Shown piece after piece: positions 31,045 through 41,021 of a stretch of 64,000 bases of DNA (its first letter is position 1; the number at the start of each line of letters is the position of its first letter). The stretch is from Clostridia bacterium (GTDB lineage Bacteria; Bacillota; Clostridia; JAAYHZ01). Under the pieces are notes generated by a model. That model was given only the letters and a program-made list of their open reading frames with translations. It had not been told where the DNA came from and made no database searches. The stretch covers positions 384,001-448,000 of the forward strand of contig JBMNIH010000004.1 of assembly GCA_050950825.1 (NCBI GenBank), in the 5' to 3' direction. The position numbers and the translations under genes are program-made.

Positions 31045-33642
31045 ATGGCAAAAAAAGACGAAGAAGAAAAACAAGTATCCGAAATCAATGAAATGATTGA
31101 TCAATTGGTTGCAAATGCACAAGAAGCTTTAGCGGAATATATGAAAATGGATCAAGAGCAAACGGACCGAATTGTGCATGCCATGACGTTGGCCGGACTG
31201 GATAACCATATGTACTTGGCCAAGTTAGCCGTAGAAGAAACGGGCAGAGGCGTTTTTGAAGACAAAGTCATCAAAAATATGTTTGCCACGGAATATATTT
31301 ACCATTCCATAAAAGACGAAAAAACGGTAGGTATAATCGAAGAAAACGAAATGGAAGGCTATGTGGAAGTTGCGGAGCCGGTAGGGGTGGTGGCCGGAGT
31401 GACACCCGTTACAAATCCAACATCCACGACCATGTTCAAATCCATAATTTGTGCAAAGACAAGAAATCCTATCATATTCGCTTTCCATCCTTCGGCACAG
31501 CAATGCTCTAAAGAAGCGGCTCGGTTATTAAGAGATGCGGCGATAAAAAGCGGTGCACCGAAATACTGCATTCAATGGATTGAGACCCCTTCTTTAGAAG
31601 CCACAAATGCATTGATGAAGCATAACGGTGTTTCTCTCATTCTTGCAACCGGGGGAGCCGGAATGGTGAAAGCGGCCTACAGCGCGGGAAAGCCGGCGTT
31701 AGGCGTAGGTCCCGGTAACGTTCCTTGCTATATTAACAAAAACGTCGATATTAATCGTGCTTGCACCGACCTCATTATTTCAAAAACCTTTGACAACGGT
31801 ATGATTTGTGCATCGGAACAAGCGGTGATTGTAGACGAGGAAATTGCGGAAGAGTTCGAAAGAACCATGAAAAAGTACGGCTGCTATTTCCTCAAAGAAG
31901 AGGAAATCGAACCGCTCACAAAATATGTAATCAACTTGGACAAAATGGCGGTGAACGGAGCCATCGTAGGAAAGTCCGCTTACGAAATTGCGACGGGAGC
32001 AGGAATTGACGTACCGAAGAACACGAAAATATTGATTGCAAAGTTGCCCGAGCCTTCGATTAAATATCCTCTCTCTTTAGAGAAATTATCGCCTGTTTTG
32101 GCATACTTCATTTGTAAAGATCATGAACAAGGCTTCCGGTATGCGGACGCCATGATTGAATTGGGCGGTTTGGGTCATTCGGCGGTCATCCACTCGGACG
32201 ACGAAGCATTGTGTAAGGCTTACGGTTACGCGATGCGTGTCGGACGTATCATAGCAAATTCTCCTTCCTCCCAAGGAGCCATCGGGGATATTTACAACGC
32301 TATCAATCCGTCTTTAACGTTAGGATGCGGGTCTTTCGGACGAAATTCGACCACGGCGAACGTTTCGTCGGTTAACTTGATTAACCGTAAAAAGGTTGCA
32401 CAGAGGAGGGTTAATATGCAGTGGTTCAAGATTCCGCCGAAAATCTATTTTGAAAGAGGAGCCATTCAATATTTGGCCAATATGCCTAATATCTCCCGTG
32501 CATTTATTGTTACCGACAAGACCATGATGAAGCTGGGCTATGTGGATAAAGCGACTTATTACTTAAGAAAAAGAAAAGATATCGTACATTTTGAAATCTA
32601 TGACGAAGTGGAACCCGACCCGTCTTTGGATACGATAAACAAAGGCGTGGATGCCATGAACAACTTTCAGCCGGATGTGATTATAGCCATCGGCGGAGGC
32701 AGCGCCATCGATGCGGCAAAATGCATGTGGCTCTTCTACGAAAACCCGGATACCTCCTTCGGGGGATTGCGATTAAAGTTTATGGATATAAGGAAAAGGG
32801 CGTTTCATTTCCCCAATCTGGGCAAGAAAGCCCAAATGGTAGCGGTTCCCACAACATCCGGTACCGGCAGCGAGGTAACATCCTTCTCGGTTGTTACGGA
32901 TAAAAAGAACGGCAATATTAAATATCCCTTGGCCGATTATGAATTGACGCCGGATGTAGCCATCATCGATCCCCAATTTGCGGCTACCATGCCGAAATCC
33001 ATTACGGCGGACACCGGAATGGACGTGCTGACCCATGCCATTGAAGCCTTCGTTTCCGTTATGGCGTCGGACTATACCAACGGATTAGCCATAAAGGCCA
33101 TCGAATTGGTATTTAAGTATTTGGTGCGAAGCTACAACAATCCGGAGGACAAAACGGCTCGAGAAAAGATGCACAATGCTTCTTGCATCGCCGGCATGGC
33201 TTTTTCCAACGCATTCTTGGGAATTAACCACTCCTTGGCGCATAAAGTGGGCGGGGAGTTTCATGTCCCTCACGGTCGAGCCAATGCTATCCTGTTGCCC
33301 CATGTAATACGATACAATTCTCAAATACCTACGAAGTTTACCATATTCCCGAAATACGAAAGCTTCACGGCGGATTATCGTTATGCACAAATCGCTCGTA
33401 GATTGGACCTAGGGGGCGAAACCCAAGAAGAGCAGATCAATGCCTTGGTTGAAGCTATCCGGAATATAATGAAGCAATTAAATATTCCCATGTCCTTTAG
33501 GGAATGCGGAATCGATGAAAAAGAATATTTTGCAAAAATTCCCCAAATTGCCGAAAGAGCCTTCGAGGACCAATGCACCACGACAAACCCGCGCTATCCC
33601 TTAGTATCCGAGCTTGAGGAAATACTGAGGCAAGCTTGGTAA
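31045..33642 (+). CDS. adhE: Bifunctional acetaldehyde-CoA/alcohol dehydrogenase
   Basis: PVTNPTST, GVGPGN, FDNGMICASEQ, GCGSFG, GGGSAIDAAK, TTSGTGSEVT, HSLAHK, HGRANA. Confidence 0.97.
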   Translation: MAKKDEEEKQVSEINEMIDQLVANAQEALAEYMKMDQEQTDRIVHAMTLAGLDNHMYLAKLAVEETGRGVFEDKVIKNMFATEYIYHSIKDEKTVGIIEENEMEGYVEVAEPVGVVAGVTPVTNPTSTTMFKSIICAKTRNPIIFAFHPSAQQCSKEAARLLRDAAIKSGAPKYCIQWIETPSLEATNALMKHNGVSLILATGGAGMVKAAYSAGKPALGVGPGNVPCYINKNVDINRACTDLIISKTFDNGMICASEQAVIVDEEIAEEFERTMKKYGCYFLKEEEIEPLTKYVINLDKMAVNGAIVGKSAYEIATGAGIDVPKNTKILIAKLPEPSIKYPLSLEKLSPVLAYFICKDHEQGFRYADAMIELGGLGHSAVIHSDDEALCKAYGYAMRVGRIIANSPSSQGAIGDIYNAINPSLTLGCGSFGRNSTTANVSSVNLINRKKVAQRRVNMQWFKIPPKIYFERGAIQYLANMPNISRAFIVTDKTMMKLGYVDKATYYLRKRKDIVHFEIYDEVEPDPSLDTINKGVDAMNNFQPDVIIAIGGGSAIDAAKCMWLFYENPDTSFGGLRLKFMDIRKRAFHFPNLGKKAQMVAVPTTSGTGSEVTSFSVVTDKKNGNIKYPLADYELTPDVAIIDPQFAATMPKSITADTGMDVLTHAIEAFVSVMASDYTNGLAIKAIELVFKYLVRSYNNPEDKTAREKMHNASCIAGMAFSNAFLGINHSLAHKVGGEFHVPHGRANAILLPHVIRYNSQIPTKFTIFPKYESFTADYRYAQIARRLDLGGETQEEQINALVEAIRNIMKQLNIPMSFRECGIDEKEYFAKIPQIAERAFEDQCTTTNPRYPLVSELEEILRQAW

Positions 33643-33645
33643 TGA

Positions 33646-33660
33646 GGGGACGGTTCTCAA
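33646..33660 (+). repeat. GGGGACGGTTCTCAA repeat copy 2
   Basis: Exact 15-mer starting 3 nt after the adhE stop codon. Confidence 0.9.
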
Positions 33661-33684
33661 GCCATTACTCAAACCTTTTTCACG

Positions 33685-33734
33685 GAGGGTTCGCTTCTTA
33701 ACCGAAATTAGGTGAGAAGTGTCCCTCTTTTTTT
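33685..33734 (+). terminator. adhE intrinsic terminator whose arms resemble degenerate repeat copies
   Basis: GAGGGTTCGCTTCTTA...TGAGAAGTGTCCCTC followed by T7. Confidence 0.7.
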
Positions 33735-33800
33735 CTTCATTTGTTGTATAATGAAGAAAATACGTGGTCATCTGTTTCGACCGGAAAGGAAGGTATACTT

Positions 33801-36002
33801 ATGGCTAAGAATATACCATGGGATAGTCGTATTACTTGGTACTTCTATAACGACAAGCATACGTCGGAGGATTTTACGGTAGAAGACTTTGAAAAAGAAG
33901 CCGCGGCCATGCGCGCTCTCGGTATCGATATTATATTATTGAGTAACAAAACCCATTTTCGTTTTAATTTTTATCCTTATTGGGATAAAATTATTAACAC
34001 CTTAAGAAAAATCGTCATAGCCTTTCATAAGTACGATATTAAGGTTGTCGAGCACCATTCTTGCAGCTTGACTCATATTCCTCTTTCTTTGGAAGAATGG
34101 GAAAAGAAAAAGGATCGGATTTTAAGGCTTTCCGACGGAGGCAAGTATGCAAAGGAATGGGAAAAGGTAAAGGATTGGGTAACATCCGATGCGGAAATCG
34201 ACGGGGTTAAGGTCCGTTCCTTTTTGCAAATCCACGGCGGTACCCACGACTTGGCACCGACCCAGTACGATACCCATATCGTTTGCTACAACAACGAAGA
34301 TTATCGACGGATTTATTTTCAACACTTAGAAGATATCTATGCTACCGGTGTTGACGGAATTATGACCGATGACGTGCAGTTTTTTGCACAAGGTAATTCT
34401 TGCGCATGTCCGACTTGTCGAAAATTGTTCAAAGAATGGACAGGTTTTGAAATGCCGGAGACCGTAGAGGAATGGAATGAAAGGTTTATGGGCAACTTCG
34501 ACGATCCGCGCTATGTCGCATTCGACCAATTTCGAAGAGACAGTGCCATTCGTTTTCAGCGGGACGTAGATGCTCATTTCCGCTCTTTAGGCTTGAACCT
34601 GCTGCGACCGAACTATATCTCCAACGAGATCACCACCAATTATTCGGCTTATCCTTTCTCAAATTGTGCCGATCTTTGGGACGTTATGTTCCAAGAAAAC
34701 GTATCCAATTCCATAATCAAATATTCTTGGCCTTACTATGCTTGCGAAGCGGTGCATCGGTATGCTTTCGCCTCGCAAAATGACATACCTTCCATGTCCA
34801 TGTTCTATTGCAATACACCGAGCGATATCTATTTTTCCTTTGCTCTTTGCTTAAGCTGGGGTCAGCTGTTTAACCCGGCATTTACGAGAACAGAGGATAT
34901 GACGGCTATGGAAGGATTGGTTCGAAGCTTTGAAAAGAAGTATCCGGATTTGGTATACGATCAAAAGAAGAAAAGCGATGTGGCCGTCATGTTCTCCATG
35001 AAAACCCGAGACTTTATAGCCAATGCCATTACGGTTATGAACGGGGTCATGGCATGGCTGCAAGGGATCTACTTTACTCAAAAAACACCGGCTTTCGTTT
35101 TGGAAAATCAGACCTTGGAGGATTGGCAAAAGCAAAAAGCTATCGTGTTCCCCCACGTTCATATGATGAGCGATGAAGAAATACTTCAGGCGAGAGATTA
35201 TGTTCAATCCGGAGGAAGAGCGGTATGGGTAGGAACCTGCGGTATCAAGACGCCGAAAGGTTTGAATCGCTCCCTCGAAGATGTGCAGAAATTGTTAGGC
35301 TGCAAAACGTCCATGCGACCGATTCCGGAAATAATTGCTTCCGTCGAGTTTAACGACACAATGCTTCATGAAATGGTATACGACCTTGCTTACGACAATT
35401 GCGAAGAATCCTTGTCCGTTGTAGACGGCCATACCGTAATTGCTCGGGAGCGCATCGGAAAAGGTGAAATTCTGTTCCTCGGGGCGAAGACCAATCTTTT
35501 GCCCTTCCACAGCAATGTATCCATTCACAGGGATTCCCAATCTCCGAACAGTACTGCTGTCGTGAGACAGTACTCGAAAGACACCTTGGTGGCGGCTTTA
35601 GGAAGTATCCTGGATTATATTGTGGAGAAGCCCGGTATTGAAACCGTTGAAGGAGAATATCTGACCGCTTTATACAAAAGTGCGGATAAAAAACACACCA
35701 TCGCTCATTTGGTCAATATTGAGGATACCTTATCCAAAGAAACCGGAGTACGTGTCAGTCAGCTAGATCCCATCGTTCGATTTGACGTAAACCCCGATGT
35801 TCCCGGTAACAAATCAATGCAGCTAACTTTTGCTTGCGAATATCGACCTGAAAAAGTTCGTTTGCTGTCACCGGAGTGGGCTCTGAAGAAAAAACCTTTT
35901 GAGCGGACGGCAGACTTTACTTACGATAACGGCCGGGTTACCGTACAGATCCCCGAAAATACGTTTTACGGCTATTTGATGGTGGATGCCGTACGGAATT
36001 AG
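33801..36002 (+). CDS. Hypothetical glycoside-hydrolase-like protein
   Basis: VCYNNEDYR...GVDGIMTDD...CACPTCRKLF pattern seen in GH-like TIM barrels; trimerisation-like domain (YVQSGGRAV); no signal peptide. Confidence 0.55.
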   Translation: MAKNIPWDSRITWYFYNDKHTSEDFTVEDFEKEAAAMRALGIDIILLSNKTHFRFNFYPYWDKIINTLRKIVIAFHKYDIKVVEHHSCSLTHIPLSLEEWEKKKDRILRLSDGGKYAKEWEKVKDWVTSDAEIDGVKVRSFLQIHGGTHDLAPTQYDTHIVCYNNEDYRRIYFQHLEDIYATGVDGIMTDDVQFFAQGNSCACPTCRKLFKEWTGFEMPETVEEWNERFMGNFDDPRYVAFDQFRRDSAIRFQRDVDAHFRSLGLNLLRPNYISNEITTNYSAYPFSNCADLWDVMFQENVSNSIIKYSWPYYACEAVHRYAFASQNDIPSMSMFYCNTPSDIYFSFALCLSWGQLFNPAFTRTEDMTAMEGLVRSFEKKYPDLVYDQKKKSDVAVMFSMKTRDFIANAITVMNGVMAWLQGIYFTQKTPAFVLENQTLEDWQKQKAIVFPHVHMMSDEEILQARDYVQSGGRAVWVGTCGIKTPKGLNRSLEDVQKLLGCKTSMRPIPEIIASVEFNDTMLHEMVYDLAYDNCEESLSVVDGHTVIARERIGKGEILFLGAKTNLLPFHSNVSIHRDSQSPNSTAVVRQYSKDTLVAALGSILDYIVEKPGIETVEGEYLTALYKSADKKHTIAHLVNIEDTLSKETGVRVSQLDPIVRFDVNPDVPGNKSMQLTFACEYRPEKVRLLSPEWALKKKPFERTADFTYDNGRVTVQIPENTFYGYLMVDAVRN

Positions 36003-36042
36003 ATATATATTTAAGAAAAATCATTGAGAGGGAGAATGATAT

Positions 36043-36693
36043 ATGACTGTAAAAGTAAATTTAAAGCGTTTGGAAAAAGACATTATCGCTATCGAACAAA
36101 AACCCGTACAAAAGGGTAAAATTCTGTTTTACGGCGACTCGTGTTTTCGAAGATGGAACGCAGCAAACGGGAATACACCATTGGAAGAGGCGATTCCCGG
36201 GACCTTGAACCACGGATTCGGATCGGCTACGACGGAAGAAATGTTGTATTATTACCCCCGTGCCGTTCGACCTTACGAACCCAAGATAATGGTCATCAAA
36301 TCTTTCGGGAACGATATGATATTCGGCTACACTCCGGAGGAAGTCTTGGATCTGCAGCAGCGTTTAATTGCCTATGCCCGCACGGATTTTCCCGATGTTC
36401 GGTTCTTCATGATGGCGCCGCTATACAATTACGGCAACTATCCGAAATTTCCGAATTTTAATAAGGATCGCTTGGTATACGACCAAATGTTGAAAGAATA
36501 TGTGGACAAGCAGGAAGACATGACCTTTGTCCGGGTGATGGACGATGCGAGGTTTACCGTAGACGGAAAAACCGGACCGGATGCCATTATCAGAAGAGAG
36601 CTTTTTATTGATGACGGTATTCATTTTAATAAAGACGGATATGATTTGTTTGCAGATTTTTGGAAAAAGATACTGGGAGATTTGGTTGAATAG
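36043..36693 (+). CDS. SGNH/GDSL hydrolase family protein
   Basis: FYGDS, NHGFGS, GND, DGIH catalytic blocks. Confidence 0.85.
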   Translation: MTVKVNLKRLEKDIIAIEQKPVQKGKILFYGDSCFRRWNAANGNTPLEEAIPGTLNHGFGSATTEEMLYYYPRAVRPYEPKIMVIKSFGNDMIFGYTPEEVLDLQQRLIAYARTDFPDVRFFMMAPLYNYGNYPKFPNFNKDRLVYDQMLKEYVDKQEDMTFVRVMDDARFTVDGKTGPDAIIRRELFIDDGIHFNKDGYDLFADFWKKILGDLVE

Positions 36694-36704
36694 GGAGTAA
36701 ACCC

Positions 36705-38144
36705 ATGACGAATTCCGAAAAGAAGAAAATTGTAATAGGTTCGTTGCGGCAGGAAACCAACTCCTTTAGCCCGGTAATTACTTATGAAAAGGATTTTTTA
36801 GTCTGCCGGGGACGGGATGTACTGCAACAAACACCGGTTTCCCGTATATTGGAAGAAGCGGGCTTTGAAGTCGTACCTACCTTATGGGCATACGCCATCC
36901 CTTCGGGGAAGGTAGACAAGAAGGCTTACTGCCGTTTTAAAGAAATTATCATGAATGCTATTCCAAAAGACGGCAGTGTAGCGGGAGTATGGCTGTATTT
37001 ACACGGGGCCATGAATGTCACGGAAATCGGAAGCGGGGAAGGGCCTTTAGTAGAGGAAGTCCGCCGGCTGGTAGGACCAAAGGTTCCCATAGCCGTAGCA
37101 TTGGATTTTCACGCCAACAACACCGAACAGCTGGTAAAAAACGCAAACATTATCTGCGGGTACCGGACTGCTCCTCATACGGATGAAGAAGAAACCCAAG
37201 AAAGAGCAGCCCGGCTCCTCCTTCGTTGTATCCTAGAAAACGTTTTGCCCGAGTGCGTAATGGTGTGTCCTCCTCTGCTGTTTCCCGGTGAAATGATAAC
37301 TACCGAAGTCGATCCTTGCAAATCGTTAATTGCAGAGCTGAAAAAAGCCGAAGAAAAGCAAGGCGTTTGGACGGCGTCCTTGTTTGGCGGTATGCCATGG
37401 TGCGATGCACCGAATGCAGGAGCAAGCGTCGTTGTGTGCGGCCCGAAAGGCTGTAAAGAACCTACGGATGAAGCGAAAAGGATTGCCGACCTGTTCTGGA
37501 AAGAAAGAGAAAAGTTCGGATTTGAGGAAAAGGCCATGAGTCCGGAAGATGCCATCCTTTGGGCACAAGAAAGAGAAGCTTCTCCGATATTTATCAGCGA
37601 TTCGGGAGACAATGTCACCGGAGGTGCACCGGGAGACAGCGCATACCTTTTAAGCTTGTTAATGAAGCATGAATGCAAAAATGTGCTGGTAGCGGGAATT
37701 GTTGATCGACCTGCCGTTGAAGCATTTTATCTTTCTGCGGAAGGAGAAGAAAAGAAGGTAAAGATAGGAAAATCCATTGATTCCAAGAGTACGGAAACGG
37801 AAGTTACAGGAAAGCTAAAACAGAAGGGCTTTATTGAAAGAGGCGGATCGAAGGATATCCGGTTTGCTTTAATAGCCGTAGGAGGTATTGACATCATATT
37901 AACCGACGAAAGATGTTCTTTTACAACGCAAAAAAACATTGAAGAAACGGGAGCCAAAATTCCGGATTATCATGCGATTGTAGTGAAGCTAGGGTATTTG
38001 TTTCCCGATTTAAGAAGAATTGCAAAAGATTCCGTTATGGCTTTGACTCCGGGAAACTGCGGGCTTCGAATCGAAGATTTTGATTTTAAAAACATTCGAC
38101 GTCCCATGTATCCGGTGGATAAGAATTTTGATTGGAAAGGGTAA
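36705..38144 (+). CDS. M81 family metallopeptidase (MlrC-like)
   Basis: QETNSF, LHGAM, LDFHAN, YRTAPHTD, DSGDNVTGG, VVKLGY, RRPMYP. Confidence 0.9.
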   Translation: MTNSEKKKIVIGSLRQETNSFSPVITYEKDFLVCRGRDVLQQTPVSRILEEAGFEVVPTLWAYAIPSGKVDKKAYCRFKEIIMNAIPKDGSVAGVWLYLHGAMNVTEIGSGEGPLVEEVRRLVGPKVPIAVALDFHANNTEQLVKNANIICGYRTAPHTDEEETQERAARLLLRCILENVLPECVMVCPPLLFPGEMITTEVDPCKSLIAELKKAEEKQGVWTASLFGGMPWCDAPNAGASVVVCGPKGCKEPTDEAKRIADLFWKEREKFGFEEKAMSPEDAILWAQEREASPIFISDSGDNVTGGAPGDSAYLLSLLMKHECKNVLVAGIVDRPAVEAFYLSAEGEEKKVKIGKSIDSKSTETEVTGKLKQKGFIERGGSKDIRFALIAVGGIDIILTDERCSFTTQKNIEETGAKIPDYHAIVVKLGYLFPDLRRIAKDSVMALTPGNCGLRIEDFDFKNIRRPMYPVDKNFDWKG

Positions 38145-38171
38145 TTCTTTGTTTTTAGGAGTGGTCTTTTC

Positions 38172-39422
38172 ATGAGCGATAAAAAGTTTGCATCGGTAAG
38201 CGCCCTGCCTTCCAACCCCAAATGGAACGAATATATTCACAGGGAGACGGAGCTATACACTAGAAAAAACGATATTCGCAGCGAGTTTAACCGTGATTAC
38301 AACCGAATACTGCACTGCAATGCATACCGGCGCTTGAAGCATAAAACCCAAGTTTTCTTTGCGACCTCCAATGACCATATATGCACTCGCTTGGAGCATG
38401 TGAATCACGTATCGTCGGTCAGCTATACCATAGCGGATTACTTGGGTCTGAATACGGAATTAACGGCGGCGATTTCCATCGGTCACGACTTAGGACACGC
38501 ACCCTTTGGCCATGTGGGTGAACGGATTTTAGAGAAAATATTACAAGATGTTATCGGCGATACCTTTTGGCACGAAGGAAACAGTCTGCGATTTGCGGAT
38601 TATTACGAAACCCTGTCGGACCCGGAGGGATACGAACAAAACCTATGCTTAACTTATGCCGTACGAGACGGCATCGTTTGCCATTGCGGTGAAGTCGATG
38701 AAAACGCACTGCGTCCCCGGGATCAAATCATTGATTTGTATGAAATAAAGAAAGCAGGAGAATATCCGCCGTTTTCTTGGGAGGGATGCGTCGTAAAAAT
38801 TGCGGACAAAATATCGTATTTGGGTCGGGATATTGAAGATGCCTATACCTTGGGAATATTAACCGAAGCACAAAAAAACGAGTTGTCAAAGATTATAAAA
38901 TCGACGCTTCATTCCGATTTGAATTATGTTTTGAATAATACGGTAGTAATGCACGAATTTATTATGGATATTTGCAAAGAAAGCTCTCCCGATAAAGGAA
39001 TCAGTCTTTCAAAGCGTTATTTCGAATTTATGAATGCATTAAAAATGTTTAACTATGCCAATATATACGGACACGAACGCTTGCAGATTTATTCCAAGTA
39101 CGCCGAGCTCATTATACGGTCTATCTTCAATATTCTATTGACTCTGTACAATCCCGATGATGTACTTAGGCCATTAGAGGATTATCGTAAGATATATCCG
39201 ACATTAATGAGCTATTTTATAGACTGGATTATAAAATATTCCGATTTGAGAATATGTCGTGATTTGCCTCAAATCCATCGAAAAAAAACGGAGAAATTTA
39301 AAAATAAGGTTGTCTACAGTATCGGCAGCAAGGATGATTACATAAGAGCGGTTGCCGATTACATTTCGGGAATGACCGATTCTTTTGCCATTAAGGTATT
39401 TCAAGAATTGACCGGTTTCTAA
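38172..39422 (+). CDS. Deoxyguanosinetriphosphate triphosphohydrolase-like HD protein
   Basis: RDYNRILH, RRLKHKTQV, TRLEH, GHDLGHAPFGH, ADKISY, DYISGMTD. Confidence 0.9.
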   Translation: MSDKKFASVSALPSNPKWNEYIHRETELYTRKNDIRSEFNRDYNRILHCNAYRRLKHKTQVFFATSNDHICTRLEHVNHVSSVSYTIADYLGLNTELTAAISIGHDLGHAPFGHVGERILEKILQDVIGDTFWHEGNSLRFADYYETLSDPEGYEQNLCLTYAVRDGIVCHCGEVDENALRPRDQIIDLYEIKKAGEYPPFSWEGCVVKIADKISYLGRDIEDAYTLGILTEAQKNELSKIIKSTLHSDLNYVLNNTVVMHEFIMDICKESSPDKGISLSKRYFEFMNALKMFNYANIYGHERLQIYSKYAELIIRSIFNILLTLYNPDDVLRPLEDYRKIYPTLMSYFIDWIIKYSDLRICRDLPQIHRKKTEKFKNKVVYSIGSKDDYIRAVADYISGMTDSFAIKVFQELTGF

Positions 39423-39443
39423 TGATAGAAAAACAGTGAAGGT

Positions 39444-39971
39444 ATGAAAATGACGAAAATTACGTACTATGTGAAAAGGTCAAGACGGAAAACCGTGGGA
39501 CTTGAAGTTACAAAGGATTTACAAGTCATTGTGCGCGCTCCTTTGAAAATGAGCAACCGCGAGATCGAAAGGCTTGTAGAAAAACATACCGATTGGATTT
39601 TAAAAAGCCTAAGCAGACTGCAAAACGCATCCATTGCACGATACGAACCTACGGAAGAGGAAATTGAAGACTTGATCAAACGGGCAAAGGAAATGTTGCC
39701 ACAAAAAGTCCAATACTACGGTTTTTTAATGGGATGTATGCCCGGGCGAATTACGATTACATCGGCAAGAACAAGATTCGGCAGCTGCAGCGTGCAAAAT
39801 AACATATGTTTTTCATGGAGGTTGATGCTCTATCCGGAAGAAGCCATTGATTACGTGGTTGTTCATGAACTGGCTCATATCAAGTACAAAAACCACGGCA
39901 TGGAATTCTATAAGCTAATCGAATCGATTCTACCGGATTACAAAAAAAGAAAAGCATTGTTGAAAAAATAG
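39444..39971 (+). CDS. M48/YgjP (DUF45) family zinc metalloprotein
   Basis: RSRRKT, TRFGSCS, IDYVVVHELAH...NH. Confidence 0.9.
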   Translation: MKMTKITYYVKRSRRKTVGLEVTKDLQVIVRAPLKMSNREIERLVEKHTDWILKSLSRLQNASIARYEPTEEEIEDLIKRAKEMLPQKVQYYGFLMGCMPGRITITSARTRFGSCSVQNNICFSWRLMLYPEEAIDYVVVHELAHIKYKNHGMEFYKLIESILPDYKKRKALLKK

Positions 39972-40030
39972 AGCTTTTTTGCTTTTCTTTTTAATAATAA
40001 CAAAACATATTATGATAAGAGGCGACGCAT

Positions 40031-40447
40031 TTACTCGCCGATAATTTTTATTAACACTCTTTTTTTCCGTTTCCCGTCAAACTCGTAGTAGAATATTTGC
40101 TCCCATGTTCCAAAATCAAGCAGCCCGTTTGTAACGGCAACCACCACTTCACGTCCCATGATTGTTCTTTTTAAGTGCGCGTCGGCATTGTCTTCAAAAC
40201 CATTGTGGCGGTATCGGCTGTACGGCTTTTCAGGGGCCAGTCCTTCCAACCAGTCTTCAAAATCTTGGTGCAGCCCGGATTCGTCGTCGTTGATAAATAC
40301 CGAAGCGGTTATATTCATCGCATTGACCAAAACAAGCCCTTCTTTTATACCGGATTCCTTTATGGCTTTTTGAACTTCTTCGGTTATGTTTACCAAGCCT
40401 CTTCGAACGGGTAGGTTAAAAGTCAATTCTTTACGATAACTCTTCAT
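40031..40447 (-). CDS. yjbQ: YjbQ family secondary thiamine-phosphate synthase-like protein
   Basis: [33 protein letters not shown]. Confidence 0.9.
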   Translation of the reverse strand: MKSYRKELTFNLPVRRGLVNITEEVQKAIKESGIKEGLVLVNAMNITASVFINDDESGLHQDFEDWLEGLAPEKPYSRYRHNGFEDNADAHLKRTIMGREVVVAVTNGLLDFGTWEQIFYYEFDGKRKKRVLIKIIGE

Positions 40448-40538
40448 ATGACCTCCTTGTCTTTTCGTAAAACGTTCTCATGCTTCCTATTATATACCGA
40501 GAGCCGGTATAATGAAGAAAAAAGATTGGAGTTTCCGC

Positions 40539-40880
40539 ATGTCCGACACGTTTTTTGTTTCATTGTCACCTTCTCAAGCGGCGAATCGTATTCAAGAAGG
40601 AATTGTTAGGGGAAGCATAACAGGTGAGCTTATTGACAGCTACTCGATATCGACAAAAGAAGGGTATTCGGTATCGGTTTTATTGTTTGAAAAGCATTAT
40701 TACCGTGCAGGTAACCGTTTGACATTAACCGTAACCATCGATGATTTTACGGGAAAAACCCGGGTACACACCGCAAGCGGCGGAGGCGGGGAAGGTTTGT
40801 TTCGATTCGATTGGGGTGCATCGGAAAGCTTTGCACGATCGGCAAAAGATATACTAAAAGCATATATTATATACCCGTAA
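40539..40880 (+). CDS. Conserved hypothetical protein (DUF6054-like)
   Basis: FEKHYYRAGNRLTLTV...SGGGGEGLFRFDWGASESF. Confidence 0.7.
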   Translation: MSDTFFVSLSPSQAANRIQEGIVRGSITGELIDSYSISTKEGYSVSVLLFEKHYYRAGNRLTLTVTIDDFTGKTRVHTASGGGGEGLFRFDWGASESFARSAKDILKAYIIYP

Positions 40881-40938
40881 AAAACCGTATTTTGATTTAA
40901 CAAACAAATACAATTCTTTTTTGCTAATTTTCGATTCC

Positions 40939-40968
40939 GTGTTTTTTGTTCCAAAACAGGTAATACTA
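40939..40968 (+). promoter_or_regulatory. Putative forespore (SigF/SigG) promoter of ger operon
   Basis: GTGTT-15-GGTAATACTA. Confidence 0.5.
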
Positions 40969-41021
40969 TAAAGAACCTATTTTCGTAATTTTACGTTTCG
41001 TAGGCTAAAGGAGAAAGGATT

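Noticed and set aside
36705-38144. Microcystin degradation cluster
   Set aside because: Only a generic M81/MlrC-family gene is present; no mlrA, mlrB or mlrD.
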